A stretch of DNA of 64,000 nucleotides from an uncultured Verrucomicrobiae bacterium (GCA_963769025.1 CAVYKI010000009.1:544001-608000); one strand, 5' to 3'; positions 1 to 9,501 are shown, counted from the first letter of the stretch. Notes: generated by a model from the sequence alone, not told the origin. A program made the numbers and translations.

Positions 1-1
1 T

Positions 2-325
2 TCCCGCGACATCGGCCTGCCGACCGCCGATGCGCCCGCGCAGCCGTGCCTGAGTTCGCGCATCCCGTGGGGCACGCCCGTCACGGTGGATGCGCTCGCG
101 ATGGTCGAGCGCGCCGAGGAACACATCCGCAGCCTCGGCTTCCGCGTCTTCCGCGTGCGCCACGTCGTGAAGCACGACGCCCCGCCCGCCGCCCTCGTGC
201 AAATCGCCCCCGCCGAACTCCCGCTCGCCGCCGACATGCAGGAACAAATCGGGCGCGGCATCCGCGCGGCTGGGTACGCCTCCGTGGAAATTGATCCCGG
301 CGGTTACCGCGGCCCATCGTTGTGA
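2..325 (+). CDS. larE: LarE-like ATP-dependent sacrificial sulfur transferase (PP-loop family), 3' part; runs off the window start
   Basis: Frame is open from base 2: SRDIGLPTADAPAQPCLSSRIPWGTPVT...AEEHIRSLGFRVFRVRH...VEIDPGGYR. The CLSSRIP and RVRH motifs are typical of the LarE C-terminus. Confidence 0.8.
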   Translation, partial: SRDIGLPTADAPAQPCLSSRIPWGTPVTVDALAMVERAEEHIRSLGFRVFRVRHVVKHDAPPAALVQIAPAELPLAADMQEQIGRGIRAAGYASVEIDPGGYRGPSL

Positions 326-374
326 ATCCGGAGCCGGCAAGGCCAGAGCCGGGTGCAGGCGCGATCTTGTTCGC

Positions 375-1478
375 ATGAACAAGCAGGAAACGAAATCGAC
401 GGCCGCAACAGCCGCGAACGATTTGGGATCGCGGAGTCATGTCCGGACTTTGGTGCTGCTTGTGGCGACAGCCCTCGGCATTTACCTCTGCTTCCGGCTG
501 GCCATGCCTTTCATCGCCGCGATTGCCTGGGCTCTCGCGCTGGCGGTTTTGTTCTCTCCCTTTCAGTCGTGGCTGGAATCGAAATTGAAGCGACCCGGTT
601 TGGCTGCCTTTGTGACCTCGCTCGTGCTCGCCCTCGGCGTGCTCCTCATCGCGACATTCGTGGGGCAGCGGCTCATCATGGAGTCGGCGAAGGGCGCGGA
701 GATCATCAAGGTCAAGGTCGAGGCCGGCGAGTGGCGCCGGCTCATCGATGCGCAGCCGCGCCTTGCGCCCGTCGCCGACTGGCTCGTGGGCCAGTGGGAT
801 CTGCCCGGCAGCGTAAAGACCGTCGCCACATGGCTGACCACGACCGCCGGATCCATCGTCAAGGGCTCCCTTGCAAAGCTCATCGCATTCGGCCTCACCT
901 TCTACCTGCTCTTCTTTTTCCTCCGCGACCGCCGGGTCGCGCTCCAGTCCTTCCGTTCATTGGTTCCGCTTTCCAAGCCGGAGACGAACCGTCTTTTCGG
1001 CCGGGTCGCCGATACGATCTACGCCATCGTATATGGAACGCTCGCCGTCGCCGCCGTGCAGGGACTTCTGGGCGGACTCATGTTTTGGTGGCTGGGCCTG
1101 CCTGCGCCGCTGATCTGGGGAATCGTCATGGCATTGCTGTCCGTCGTGCCCGTGCTCGGCACATTCGTCGTGTGGATTCCCGCCGCACTTTTTCTCACGC
1201 TCGAGGGCAGTTTTGGAAAAGCGCTCATCCTCGTCCTCTGGGGGATGCTTGTCATCGGGACCATCGATAACCTGCTTCGCCCGTTTCTGGTGGGGAACCG
1301 GCTCAAACTTCATTCCGTCCTCGTCTTCATGTCTGTGGTCGGCGGCTTGCTGGTGTTTGGTCCGTCCGGTCTCATTCTTGGGCCGCTCGCCCTGACTGTA
1401 ACCATTGAACTGCTCGGCATCTGGCGCAACCGGTCGCTCGCTGAGACGGATGGCCAGCCCGCCGCGAGTCAGAGATAG
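375..1478 (+). CDS. AI-2E family (PerM/YdiK-like) transporter
   Basis: Multi-TM protein with FFFLRD, VQGLLGG, PVLGTFVVWIP, IDNLLRP and GGLLVFGPSGLILGP motifs; ATG at 375. Confidence 0.9.
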   Translation: MNKQETKSTAATAANDLGSRSHVRTLVLLVATALGIYLCFRLAMPFIAAIAWALALAVLFSPFQSWLESKLKRPGLAAFVTSLVLALGVLLIATFVGQRLIMESAKGAEIIKVKVEAGEWRRLIDAQPRLAPVADWLVGQWDLPGSVKTVATWLTTTAGSIVKGSLAKLIAFGLTFYLLFFFLRDRRVALQSFRSLVPLSKPETNRLFGRVADTIYAIVYGTLAVAAVQGLLGGLMFWWLGLPAPLIWGIVMALLSVVPVLGTFVVWIPAALFLTLEGSFGKALILVLWGMLVIGTIDNLLRPFLVGNRLKLHSVLVFMSVVGGLLVFGPSGLILGPLALTVTIELLGIWRNRSLAETDGQPAASQR

Positions 1479-1541
1479 TCTGCAGAGGGTCCGTTGTTCG
1501 TTCTTTGGCAGCGCCTGAAGTCCCGCTCGTGCTGAGCGCGG

Positions 1542-3308
1542 CTACGCCTTTTTTCCGCGCTGCGGCTTCGATGCGAGGACGGCTTCGATTTTCCCGAGCG
1601 GAAGCGTGTTCACGACATCGTGCCGCGTGAGCCAGCCCTTGCGGGCGGTGCCGACTCCGAACTTCAAAAACTGAAGCTGCGAAGTGTGGTGCGCGTCGGG
1701 GTTGATGGCGCACTTCACGCCCTTCGACTTCGCGAGCGGCCACCAGCGCCAGTCCATGTCGAGCCGGCGCGGGTTGGCGTTCAACTCGATGATGGTGCCG
1801 GTGTCCGCAGCGGCGGCGATGACGGCCGCCTGGTCCACCGCGTAGCCCTCGCGCATGAGCAGCAGCCGCCCGGTGAGGTGGCCGAGCATGGTCACGTAAC
1901 GGTTGCTGATCGCCTTGATGATGCGCTCCGTCATGTCCGCCTCGGAGAGATTGAAGACGTTGTGCACGCTGACCACGACGTAATCGAGCTGCGCGAGCAC
2001 CTCGTCGTCAAAATCGAGCGTGCCGTCCTTGTGGATGTCCACCTCGCTGCCGGCGAAAATTCGGAAGTCCGGCCCCAGTTCCTTGTTCAGTTCGCGAATC
2101 TCTTTCACTTGGGCGAGCAGCCGCTTCTCGTCGAGGCCGTGCGCCTGAAAGGACGCCTTCGAGTGGTCCGCGATGCCGAGATATTGCAGGCCGAGCTCGA
2201 TGCCGGCGTCGGCCATCTCCCGCAGCGTGCACCGCCCGTCGCTCGCGGTGGTGTGGTTGTGGAAAGTGCCGCGCAGGTTTTCCACGTCGATCAGCTTTGG
2301 CAGCGTGTGCTCCTCGGCGGCCTTGAATTCACCCATGTTCTCGCGCAGTTCCGGTTCGACGTAGTCGAGACCCAGCGCGCGGTAAAGGTCGGCCTCCTCG
2401 CGGATTTCGGGGACCGGTTCCGGCTTCGTCTTCGGCGCATCGATCGGCCCGAGCCGGTATTCATTCAGCGACCATCCGCGGGCGAGCGCGCGCTGGCGCA
2501 TCACGATGTTGTGCTCCTTCGATCCGGTGAAGTAGTTCATCGCAAAGGGAAACTCCGCGTCCTTCACCACGCGCAGGTCGGCCTGAATGCCGCTCTTCCA
2601 GCGCACGGAGGACTTTGTGTCGCCGTGCGCGATGACGCTCTCGACGAATTCGTGCCCGATGAAATCCTCGCTCACGATCTTCGGCTCGCGCGTGGAGACG
2701 AGGAAGTCGAGGTCGCCGCACGTCTCACGCCGCCGCCGGTAGCTGCCGCACGCGGCCACGCGGATCACCTCGGGATGCGAACGCAGGTCGTCGAGCATCC
2801 TCTCGGCATCCGCCGCGATGTCGCCCATGCGGAAGCGCCCAGCGTGCTTCTTCTGATCCTCGATGCCCTTGAGAATGTTCGCCGCGGTCTTCGCGCCGAA
2901 GCCCTTCAGCGCCGCCACGCGGCCGTCGCGGCAGCCCTTTTCGAGTTCTTCCACGGTGGTGATGGAAAGCTCCTTCCACACGGCCTGGATCTTCTTCGGC
3001 CCCATCCCGGAGATTTCGAACATGTCGAAGAGGCCCGGCGGAAACTCGCCCTTGAGCGTCGTGTGGTATTCCAGAGAACCGTTCGTCACGAGTTCGCCGA
3101 TTTTTTCCGCGATGGCCTTTCCAATGCCCTCGATTTCCGCGAATTTGTCCGCCTCAGCCGTCTGCCGCAGGTTCCCGGTGAATGTCTCGATCGCGCGCGC
3201 AGCGTTCTTGTAGGCGCGGATTTTGAAAGGGTTCTCGCCTTTCAGTTCCAGCATCATGGCGATGTCCTCGAGCGTGTCTGCGACTTGGTCTTTGTTGACT
3301 TCCGGCAT
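1542..3308 (-). CDS. polX: DNA polymerase X / PHP 3'-5' exonuclease
   Basis: GENPFKIRAY, HhH GIGKAIA, GSYRR...GDLDFL, QADLR, YFTGSKEHN; PHP domain HNHTTASDG, DHS, HLTGR, INPDAH. Start taken at MPEVNKDQ. Confidence 0.95.
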   Translation of the reverse strand: MPEVNKDQVADTLEDIAMMLELKGENPFKIRAYKNAARAIETFTGNLRQTAEADKFAEIEGIGKAIAEKIGELVTNGSLEYHTTLKGEFPPGLFDMFEISGMGPKKIQAVWKELSITTVEELEKGCRDGRVAALKGFGAKTAANILKGIEDQKKHAGRFRMGDIAADAERMLDDLRSHPEVIRVAACGSYRRRRETCGDLDFLVSTREPKIVSEDFIGHEFVESVIAHGDTKSSVRWKSGIQADLRVVKDAEFPFAMNYFTGSKEHNIVMRQRALARGWSLNEYRLGPIDAPKTKPEPVPEIREEADLYRALGLDYVEPELRENMGEFKAAEEHTLPKLIDVENLRGTFHNHTTASDGRCTLREMADAGIELGLQYLGIADHSKASFQAHGLDEKRLLAQVKEIRELNKELGPDFRIFAGSEVDIHKDGTLDFDDEVLAQLDYVVVSVHNVFNLSEADMTERIIKAISNRYVTMLGHLTGRLLLMREGYAVDQAAVIAAAADTGTIIELNANPRRLDMDWRWWPLAKSKGVKCAINPDAHHTSQLQFLKFGVGTARKGWLTRHDVVNTLPLGKIEAVLASKPQRGKKA

Positions 3309-3404
3309 AAGCGGCCACGCTAGGCGCTGCGGCAAAGTGCGGCAAGTGTGCCGCGGCGCAGATGCGGCATTGCGCCGGGCGCTGATGTTCCTTTTGCTCG
3401 TGCG

Positions 3405-6400
3405 ATGAACGTGCTTCCTCCCGCGACTCCGCCCGTCGCTGCCCGGTCTTCGCACTTGCCGTGATCATTGCTGCAATCACGCCCGCGCTGGGCGGATCTC
3501 GATCCGAATGACCCTGCCGCGGAACTCGCGAGCTTCCGTCTGCCCGAGGGATTTGAGGCGAACCTTTTCGCGAGCGAAAAGGACGGCGTCGTGAAGCCGA
3601 TCCAGATCCGGTGGGACGCGCGCGGACGGCTGTGGGTGCTCGGCTCGACGACGTATCCGCAGCTCAAGCCCGGCGAGGAGCCGCGCGACAAGATTGTGAT
3701 CCTGGAGGATTCGAACCACGACGGACGCGCCGACAAGACGACGGTGTTTGCCGAGGGGCTGATGATTCCGACCGGACTCGAACTCGGCGACGGCGGCGCA
3801 TATGTGGGCGAGGGGACGAAGCTGCTTTTTCTCAAGGACACGGACGGCGACGACCGTGCGGATGAAAAGCGCGTGGTGCTGCGCGGCTTCGGCACGGGCG
3901 ACAATCATCAAAACATCAACTCGTTCCGCTGGAGCCCCGGCGGCGAGTTGTTCTTTTCGCAGGGACTTCATGGTTTTGCGCGCGTCGAGACGCCGTACGG
4001 AATCGTCGGCCTCGACGAAGCCGGGCTGTGGCGGCTGCGCCCGCGCGAATTGCGGCTCGATCCATTTTACGGCGGCAGCGCCGACCCGCAGAATCCGTGG
4101 GGCTTTGCCTGGACCGAATGGGGCATGCCGCTGGTCGTCGCGGGCAACAACGGCGGCGTCTCGTTTCCGCTCCCGGAGATGATCCGCGGACGGAAGATCG
4201 GCGCGCGGCAGAACATCTGGGTGAATGCGCGTGGACGAAAATCGAGCGGGCCGGAGATCATCCGCTCGGCACATTTCCCACCGGAATGGCAGGGCGTCCT
4301 GCTGACGGGCGGCTACATCAACAACGCTGTGTGGGCGCTGAAAAACGAGGACGACGGCGCAGGATTCCGGATGACGGATTTGCCGCCTTTCATGACGAGC
4401 ACGCACGGCAGCTTCCGCCCGGTGGACGTGAAGCTCGGGCCCGACGGCGCGATCTATCTTTGCGACTGGTACAATCCGATCATCGGCCACTATCAGGCGA
4501 GCTTCCGGCATCCGGATCGCGACAGGGCACACGGCAGAATCTGGCGCATCACCTACAAGGGCCGGCCGCTCAACACGCCGCCCGTCATCGCAGGCGCGAG
4601 CGTGGCGAGCTTGCTGGAAAATCTGAAGGGCACCGACGAATGGACGCGCTACCAGACGAAACGCGAACTCGGCGAACGGCCGACGCCGGAGGTGATCGCG
4701 GCGTTGGAAAAGTGGACGGCTCCGATGGTAGGACGCGATATCGCGACGGAGCGCGCCCTGTATCTCGCGCTCGGTGTTTACGAATGGCATGAGTCGCCCA
4801 ATCCAGCGCTGCTCGGGCGATTGCTGCAGGCCGCGAAGCCGGACATCCGCGCGTATGCCGCGGGAGTTGTCGCGCGTTGGGCGGATCGGCTTTCGCCCGG
4901 GCCGGATGCGCTCGCGCTGCTGACGCCATTGGTTTCCGACGAGAATCCCCGCGTGCGCCTCGCCGCGGTGGTCGCGCTGGCAAACATCCCGCGCGCGGAA
5001 TCGCTGCCGCTCGCACTGCGCGTGATCGAACGGGGCGCGGATGGCTTCACCGAGCTCGCGCTCCGTCAGGCGGTCCATGCGCTGAAACCGCACTGGCTTC
5101 CTGCATTGCTGGCGGGACGCCTCGGCATCGAGGACAAACCCGCGCTGCTGGCATTTCTCGCAAAGGCGGATGCCACGGAGGACACGCTCGGTGCGCTGCG
5201 TGGGCTTGTGTTCAAGGACCAGGCGCGCCCGCCATTCAGCCTCGCGGCGGAAGTTCCGCTCGCGGCGCAACCGTTGCTCACGGTGCTCGCCTCCGTCGGG
5301 ACGCCCGATGATCTCGCCGGCTTGCTCACCCCGTTTCATTTTGCCGCCGGAGACGGGACGGATGCGGCGCGCGATCAGGCGCTTGGCGACATGCTCGTGG
5401 CGGTTGCCGAGAACGCTTCCTCACGGAAGCTTCGTCCGACAGGCAATCCGGAGGCAGCGGTGCAGCGCCTGTGGGCGTCGGCGGAACCCGGTGCGCGCAA
5501 GGGTGCGGCGTTGCTTGCCGGAGCGCTGAAAATCGAAGCCATGCGTGCACCGCTCATCGAGGCGATCGAAAAAGGTGCGCCGGATCTGCGTCGCGGTTGC
5601 CGTTCGCGGGCTTGCGGATTTGGGCGGACGCGACGTCGCGCCATTGCTCGCGAAACTGGCGGTGCAGGGCGCTCCGTTCAGCGTGCGCGAGGCTGCCGTG
5701 CGCGGCCTATCCCGCACTTCGCTCCCGAAGGCGGCGGAACTCGTGGCGAACGCAATCACGACCGCGCAGGATGGTGATCAAATCCGGGCGCTGGTCACGG
5801 CTGTCTTCGAGAGGAACGGCGGCGTGGATGCGTTCGCCGCGGCGCTGAAGGCGAACCCGCCATCGGCGGAGGTGGCCCGCAAGACGCTCGAAGTCCTCAA
5901 CAACAGCGGACAGGCGCGCCCTCAGGTCGCGGATGTGCTGCGCGGCCTCGCGGGCTTGGATTCGTCCCTGCCTGCCGGAGATCCGGCGTTTGTGCAGGCG
6001 CTGGTCGCCGAGGTGCGGGAGAAGGGTGATGCGAAGCACGGGCGCGAGGTTTACCGCCGCCCGGAACTCGCGTGCATCGGATGTCACCGCATCGGGGACG
6101 AAGGCGGCAACATCGGACCGTCGCTCGATTCGATCGGTTCGGGACAGCCCGTGGATTTCATCATCGGCGCAGTGCTGCAGCCGCAGAAGGAAATCAAGGA
6201 AGGCTACGAAGCCATGGAAGTGACGACGAAGGACGGGCGGGTCATCGCCGGTTACCGCGTGAGCGATGACGGGAATCTCGTCATCCGCGACATCGCGACC
6301 GGCGGACAGACGCGCCTGTCGCGCGAAGAGATCGCAAGTCGCAAACTCACCGGCTCGCTGATGCCCAGCGGCCTCGTGGATCGCCTCAGCCGCGAGGAAC

Positions 6401-6447
6401 TCCGCGACCTGTTCCGCTACCTCTCCGTTCTCGGCAGGGAAAAATAG
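3405..6447 (+). CDS. PVC-type haem-binding CxxCH protein (beta-propeller dehydrogenase-like + HEAT-like + cytochrome c), split by apparent frameshifts
   Basis: ORF 3468..5777 has FRLPEGFEANLFA, WDARGRLWV, FRPVDVKLGPDGAIY.DWYNPIIGHYQ and GRIWRI. ORF 5545..6447 has CIGCH, IGPSLDSIG and SLMPSGL. Frame switches near 5590; the signal peptide (VFALAVIIAAITPAL) is in another frame near 3445-3490, so the start is uncertain. Confidence 0.85.
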
Positions 6448-6470
6448 CGGAGCCTCCGGGTGCCCTGGGG

Positions 6471-6524
6471 CGGTCGGACGGTTGGACGGTCTGACGGTCT
6501 GACAGTCCGACCGTCCGACCGTCC
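6471..6524. terminator. Hairpin built from 8-bp tandem units between convergent genes (bidirectional terminator or REP-like element)
   Basis: Seven units of C(G/C)GTC(G/T/C)GA type; 6471-6491 pairs with 6501-6521 at 19/21 positions with a 9-nt loop. Confidence 0.6.
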
Positions 6525-6530
6525 ACCCCG

Positions 6531-7148
6531 CTACCGCCGCAGCGCCGCGATCAGCTCATCGAGCTTGTTGGCGATGGCCTGCATCTCGGACTGCGTCGGC
6601 GGGTCGCTCACCGTCATGCCGAGCGCTGCGACGCCGTTCGATGCATTCGAGGACTGTGCCATCACGCCATCGATCGCGCCGGCCAGCGCAGCATTAGTCA
6701 CCTCGCCCTGCGGCCCCGGCAGGCCCTGCTCGCCCTGCGCGCCGCGTGGGATGCCAAAGCTGAAGTGCACCGCACTCCCGTCGAAGAACACCGACACCGT
6801 CGCGTTGTCCCCGGGATTCAGCGTCCCCACGCTATCGATCACCGCATTGGCAAATGCCGGACCCTGCGGCCCCGGCTGCCCCTGCACGCCGCCCTCGCCC
6901 TGCGGGATGCCAAAGGTGAACCGCACATCCGTCCCGTCGAAGAACACCGACACCGTCGCCGCGCCACCCGCCGGCACCGTGGTCACCGCCTCCACCACCG
7001 CATTGGCAAACGGCGGCCCCTGCACCCCCGGCGCACCGGGCGGCCCGGCGGGCACGGCGTCGATCAGGTTTTTGAGGCTGATGAGTTGCCCGCGCATCTG
7101 CGCGGCGGAGTTCGGCGAATGGTCGGCGGGGAGGGAGGGGTCGAACAT
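6531..7148 (-). CDS. Hypothetical collagen-like protein (205 aa) with two ~47-aa internal repeats and helical termini
   Basis: MFDPSLPADH start, G-X-Y triplets (GPPGAPGVQGPP, GEGGVQGQPGPQGPA, GAQGEQGLPGPQGE), duplicated FANAV...ATVSVFFDG..V.F.FGIP.G, and a C-terminal helix ANKLDELIAALRR. Confidence 0.8.
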   Translation of the reverse strand: MFDPSLPADHSPNSAAQMRGQLISLKNLIDAVPAGPPGAPGVQGPPFANAVVEAVTTVPAGGAATVSVFFDGTDVRFTFGIPQGEGGVQGQPGPQGPAFANAVIDSVGTLNPGDNATVSVFFDGSAVHFSFGIPRGAQGEQGLPGPQGEVTNAALAGAIDGVMAQSSNASNGVAALGMTVSDPPTQSEMQAIANKLDELIAALRR

Positions 7149-7149
7149 G

Positions 7150-7336
7150 GGAGTGGGGAGGGTGGAATGCGGAGTGCGGAGTGCGGAGTGCGGAGTGCTT
7201 CCAGGCTGTGATGAGTGAATAGTGAATGGTGGCGGACGCAGGTCGGTGGCTGCCAGCCACCAGTCAGCACGCGCAGAGCGGGCGTGGGTGCGTGGCGGTC
7301 TGCCAACTCCGCCCTCCGCCCTCCCCACTCCACATT
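7150..7336. repeat. Inverted pair of heptamer arrays (GGAGTGC)n / (GCCCTCC)n with a central palindrome
   Basis: Seven heptamers at 7150-7198, four reverse-complement heptamers at 7304-7331, and GGTGGCTG-C-CAGCCACC at 7245-7261. Confidence 0.75.
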
Positions 7337-7340
7337 TGTC

Positions 7341-8369
7341 TCACGTCACCACCACGCTCTTGGTGGGACTCGGCGGGGCGTCGCCTCCGTCGTTGTAGGC
7401 GATGACAAAGGCCTCGATGGTCTGCCCCACGGTCAGGCCGGGGACCACTTTCTCCAGGCCGCCCGTGGTCCCGGCGGACGCGGGCTCATCGTCCTCTCCC
7501 ACGCGCTTGAGCATGATGCGCGTGCCCGTCATCCGGGTCGCATAGGGCCATTGCGCCAGCACCTTGCCGCCGCTGAGCGTGGTGAGCGTGAGGTCCTCGA
7601 TCGCCTCGGGGGCCGAGGGGTTGGCGGGGATGTTCAGGCCGAAATCCTCCCAGCGCGGATCGTCCTCGGCCATGAGCGTGCCCAGTTCCACGATGAGCCC
7701 GCGCACCCGCTTGCGCAGCGTCTTCATCGTGGTCACCAGGGTATTCTTCGCCGTCGTCACGCCGGATTCGGCCACATTCAATGCGCCGCGCGCATTGCTC
7801 ACCGCCTCGTGCGCAGTCTGGCAAATCGCGGCGGTCGCGTCGAAGGCATCGCTCTCCGCGGCCGGGGTGGCCTGAAAATAGAGATCCATCGCGCCCAGCA
7901 GGGTAAACCAATCGTCCGAGGTTCGCGGGACGGCGGTGGACCCGTTCGGCCAGCCCGCCGCCTCCCAGTTGGCGTTGAAATCGGGGCCGTAGAGTTTGAC
8001 CATCCGTTGCCGGCAGTTCTTCAGGACAAGCGTGCCCGCCGCGTCCGCCGTATCGAGCAGCCCTTCTTTTTGACCGCGCAGCACCTTCGCGGTACCGAGG
8101 CCCAGCAGGGCGGTCTTGCCCGCGAGCAGGACGGCGCGCATCACGGCTTCGGTCTGTTGTTTGATGCCGAGCGCCACCTCATGGAGGTGACAGCCGTCGG
8201 CGAGGTCTTCGGTCAGGGAGATGAGCACATCATCATCGTCAGGGGTGGGGTTCGTAGCCATGGTTCTTCGGTTGGTTGGTTTTTTCTTCTGCGGAAGCGG
8301 TTGAAAGACGGGCGCCGTCGGGGTGTCCCAATGTCCATCGTCCCACGCCCCTTCATCCCACGCCGCCAT
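7341..8369 (-). CDS. Hypothetical protein: Trp-Asp leader, helical body, C-terminal fibronectin type III-like domain
   Basis: Start MAAWDEGAWDDGHWD, second in-frame Met at 8261; C-terminus PEAIEDLTL...LAQW...GLTVGQTIEAFVIAYNDGGDAPPSPTKSVVV is FN3-like. Confidence 0.8.
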   Translation of the reverse strand: MAAWDEGAWDDGHWDTPTAPVFQPLPQKKKPTNRRTMATNPTPDDDDVLISLTEDLADGCHLHEVALGIKQQTEAVMRAVLLAGKTALLGLGTAKVLRGQKEGLLDTADAAGTLVLKNCRQRMVKLYGPDFNANWEAAGWPNGSTAVPRTSDDWFTLLGAMDLYFQATPAAESDAFDATAAICQTAHEAVSNARGALNVAESGVTTAKNTLVTTMKTLRKRVRGLIVELGTLMAEDDPRWEDFGLNIPANPSAPEAIEDLTLTTLSGGKVLAQWPYATRMTGTRIMLKRVGEDDEPASAGTTGGLEKVVPGLTVGQTIEAFVIAYNDGGDAPPSPTKSVVVT

Positions 8370-8435
8370 CGCGGTCAGCGGGTGGGAGAGGGCGGACAGA
8401 TCGGAAAGCAGCCGGGATTTGGCGAAAAGCAGGCA

Positions 8436-8925
8436 TTGCCATAGGAGAAGGAGCCTCCCAATAATCTGAAACGTCATGTCTTTAAGCCGGGGGAGACTCC
8501 CCCAAATCTGTGACGCCGTGTTTTGAAGCCCAGGGAGACTCCGGCAAGTCTGTGACGCCGTGTTTTGAAACCAAGGGAGACTCCCCCAAGTCTGTGACGC
8601 CGTGTTTTGAAACCGGGGAAGACTCCCCCAAGCCTGTGACACCATGTTTTGGAACCGGGGGAGACTCCCCCAAGTCCGTGCCGCCGTGTTTTGGAACCGG
8701 GGGAGACTCCCCCAAGTCCGTGCCGCCGTGTTTTGAAACCGGGGGAGACTCCCCCAAGTCCGTGCCGCCGTGTTTTGAAATCGGGGGAGACTCCCCCAAG
8801 TCCGTGCCGCCGTGTTTTGAAACCGGGGGAGACTCCCCCAAGTCTGTGGCGCCATGTTTTGAAACCGGGGGAGACTCCCCCAAGTCCGTGACGCCGTGCT
8901 TTGAAAATGGGAAAGTCTCCCCCGA
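8436..8925. repeat. 42-bp tandem repeat array: 10 full copies plus a degenerate copy at each end
   Basis: Consensus GTTTTGAAACCGGGGGAGACTCCCCCAAGTC(C/T)GTG(C/A)CGCCGT. Copies start at 8478, 8520, 8562, 8604, 8646, 8688, 8730, 8772, 8814 and 8856, with degenerate copies at 8436 and 8898. No unique spacers. Confidence 0.97.
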
Positions 8926-9210
8926 CTCCCGCCCACAGTGGGCACGGGTCCCGCATCGCTTTTCCAGCTCATACGGACACCAGCAGCGCCCGACGGCACG
9001 CGCCGTCCCTCGCGCCCGAGGAGAGCGGCGAGAAGCCCGTTCAGGATGGAGGGGTTCGCTGCCATGGGCGGCATTCCACCACGGAAATCCCGGCTGTGAA
9101 TGTCCAGACTTCGGGACACCCTGCTGGCCCGCTTTCTGCCCGGCACCTTCCGTGCCCTTCCCGAGGGATCCAATTGCCGGGCCGCCGCGAGGGCAACCGG
9201 GAGGACTGCG

Positions 9211-9501
9211 TCACACCCGGTGTTCCCAGAAGGGCACGTGAAAGGGCTCAACCTGCGCCGCCAGGTCCGCAAAGCGCATCCCCAGCCCGTAGCTGATGCG
9301 CACGCTCGTGTGCAGCCACGGGACCGTCGCGCCGTTCAGCGCATCGAGCAGCGTCTGCCGATTAAACCGCGCGCGCCGGGCCACGATGCTCTTGTTCAGG
9401 TTCCGCTCCTCGATGAGCCCCGGAAGCACCGCGCGCAGGCGCGCGCACCAAAGGTCGCCATAGGCATAGGAAGGATTGAATGGATTGGGAGGTATGTTCA
9501 T
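9211..9501 (-). CDS. XRE/Cro-like helix-turn-helix protein (96 aa)
   Basis: LIEERNLNKSIVARRARFNRQTLLDALNGATVPWLHTSVRISYGLGM fits an XRE HTH pattern; AT-rich upstream region. Confidence 0.7.
   Translation of the reverse strand: MNIPPNPFNPSYAYGDLWCARLRAVLPGLIEERNLNKSIVARRARFNRQTLLDALNGATVPWLHTSVRISYGLGMRFADLAAQVEPFHVPFWEHRV

Noticed and set aside
1620..5339. Long antisense ORFs (1620..3323 +, 3477..5339 -) and similar ones such as 18777..21749 + and 58276..60519 +
   Set aside because: Shadow ORFs opposite well-supported genes, as expected in high-GC DNA.
5560..5620. Programmed frameshift in the CxxCH protein (and in the OsmC and TIGR03663-like genes)
   Set aside because: No slippery heptamer or stimulatory structure was seen; window-wide indels point to sequencing error.
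8436..8925. CRISPR array (GTTTT...GAAAC and a hairpin look CRISPR-like)
   Set aside because: Units are contiguous near-identical 42-mers with no unique spacers, and there are no cas genes in the window.
7341..9272. 643-aa ORF read as one protein including the repeat array
   Set aside because: It overlaps the HTH gene, the upstream part looks non-proteinaceous, and the repeat is open in most frames. A start at 8369 or 8261 is more plausible, though read-through is not excluded.
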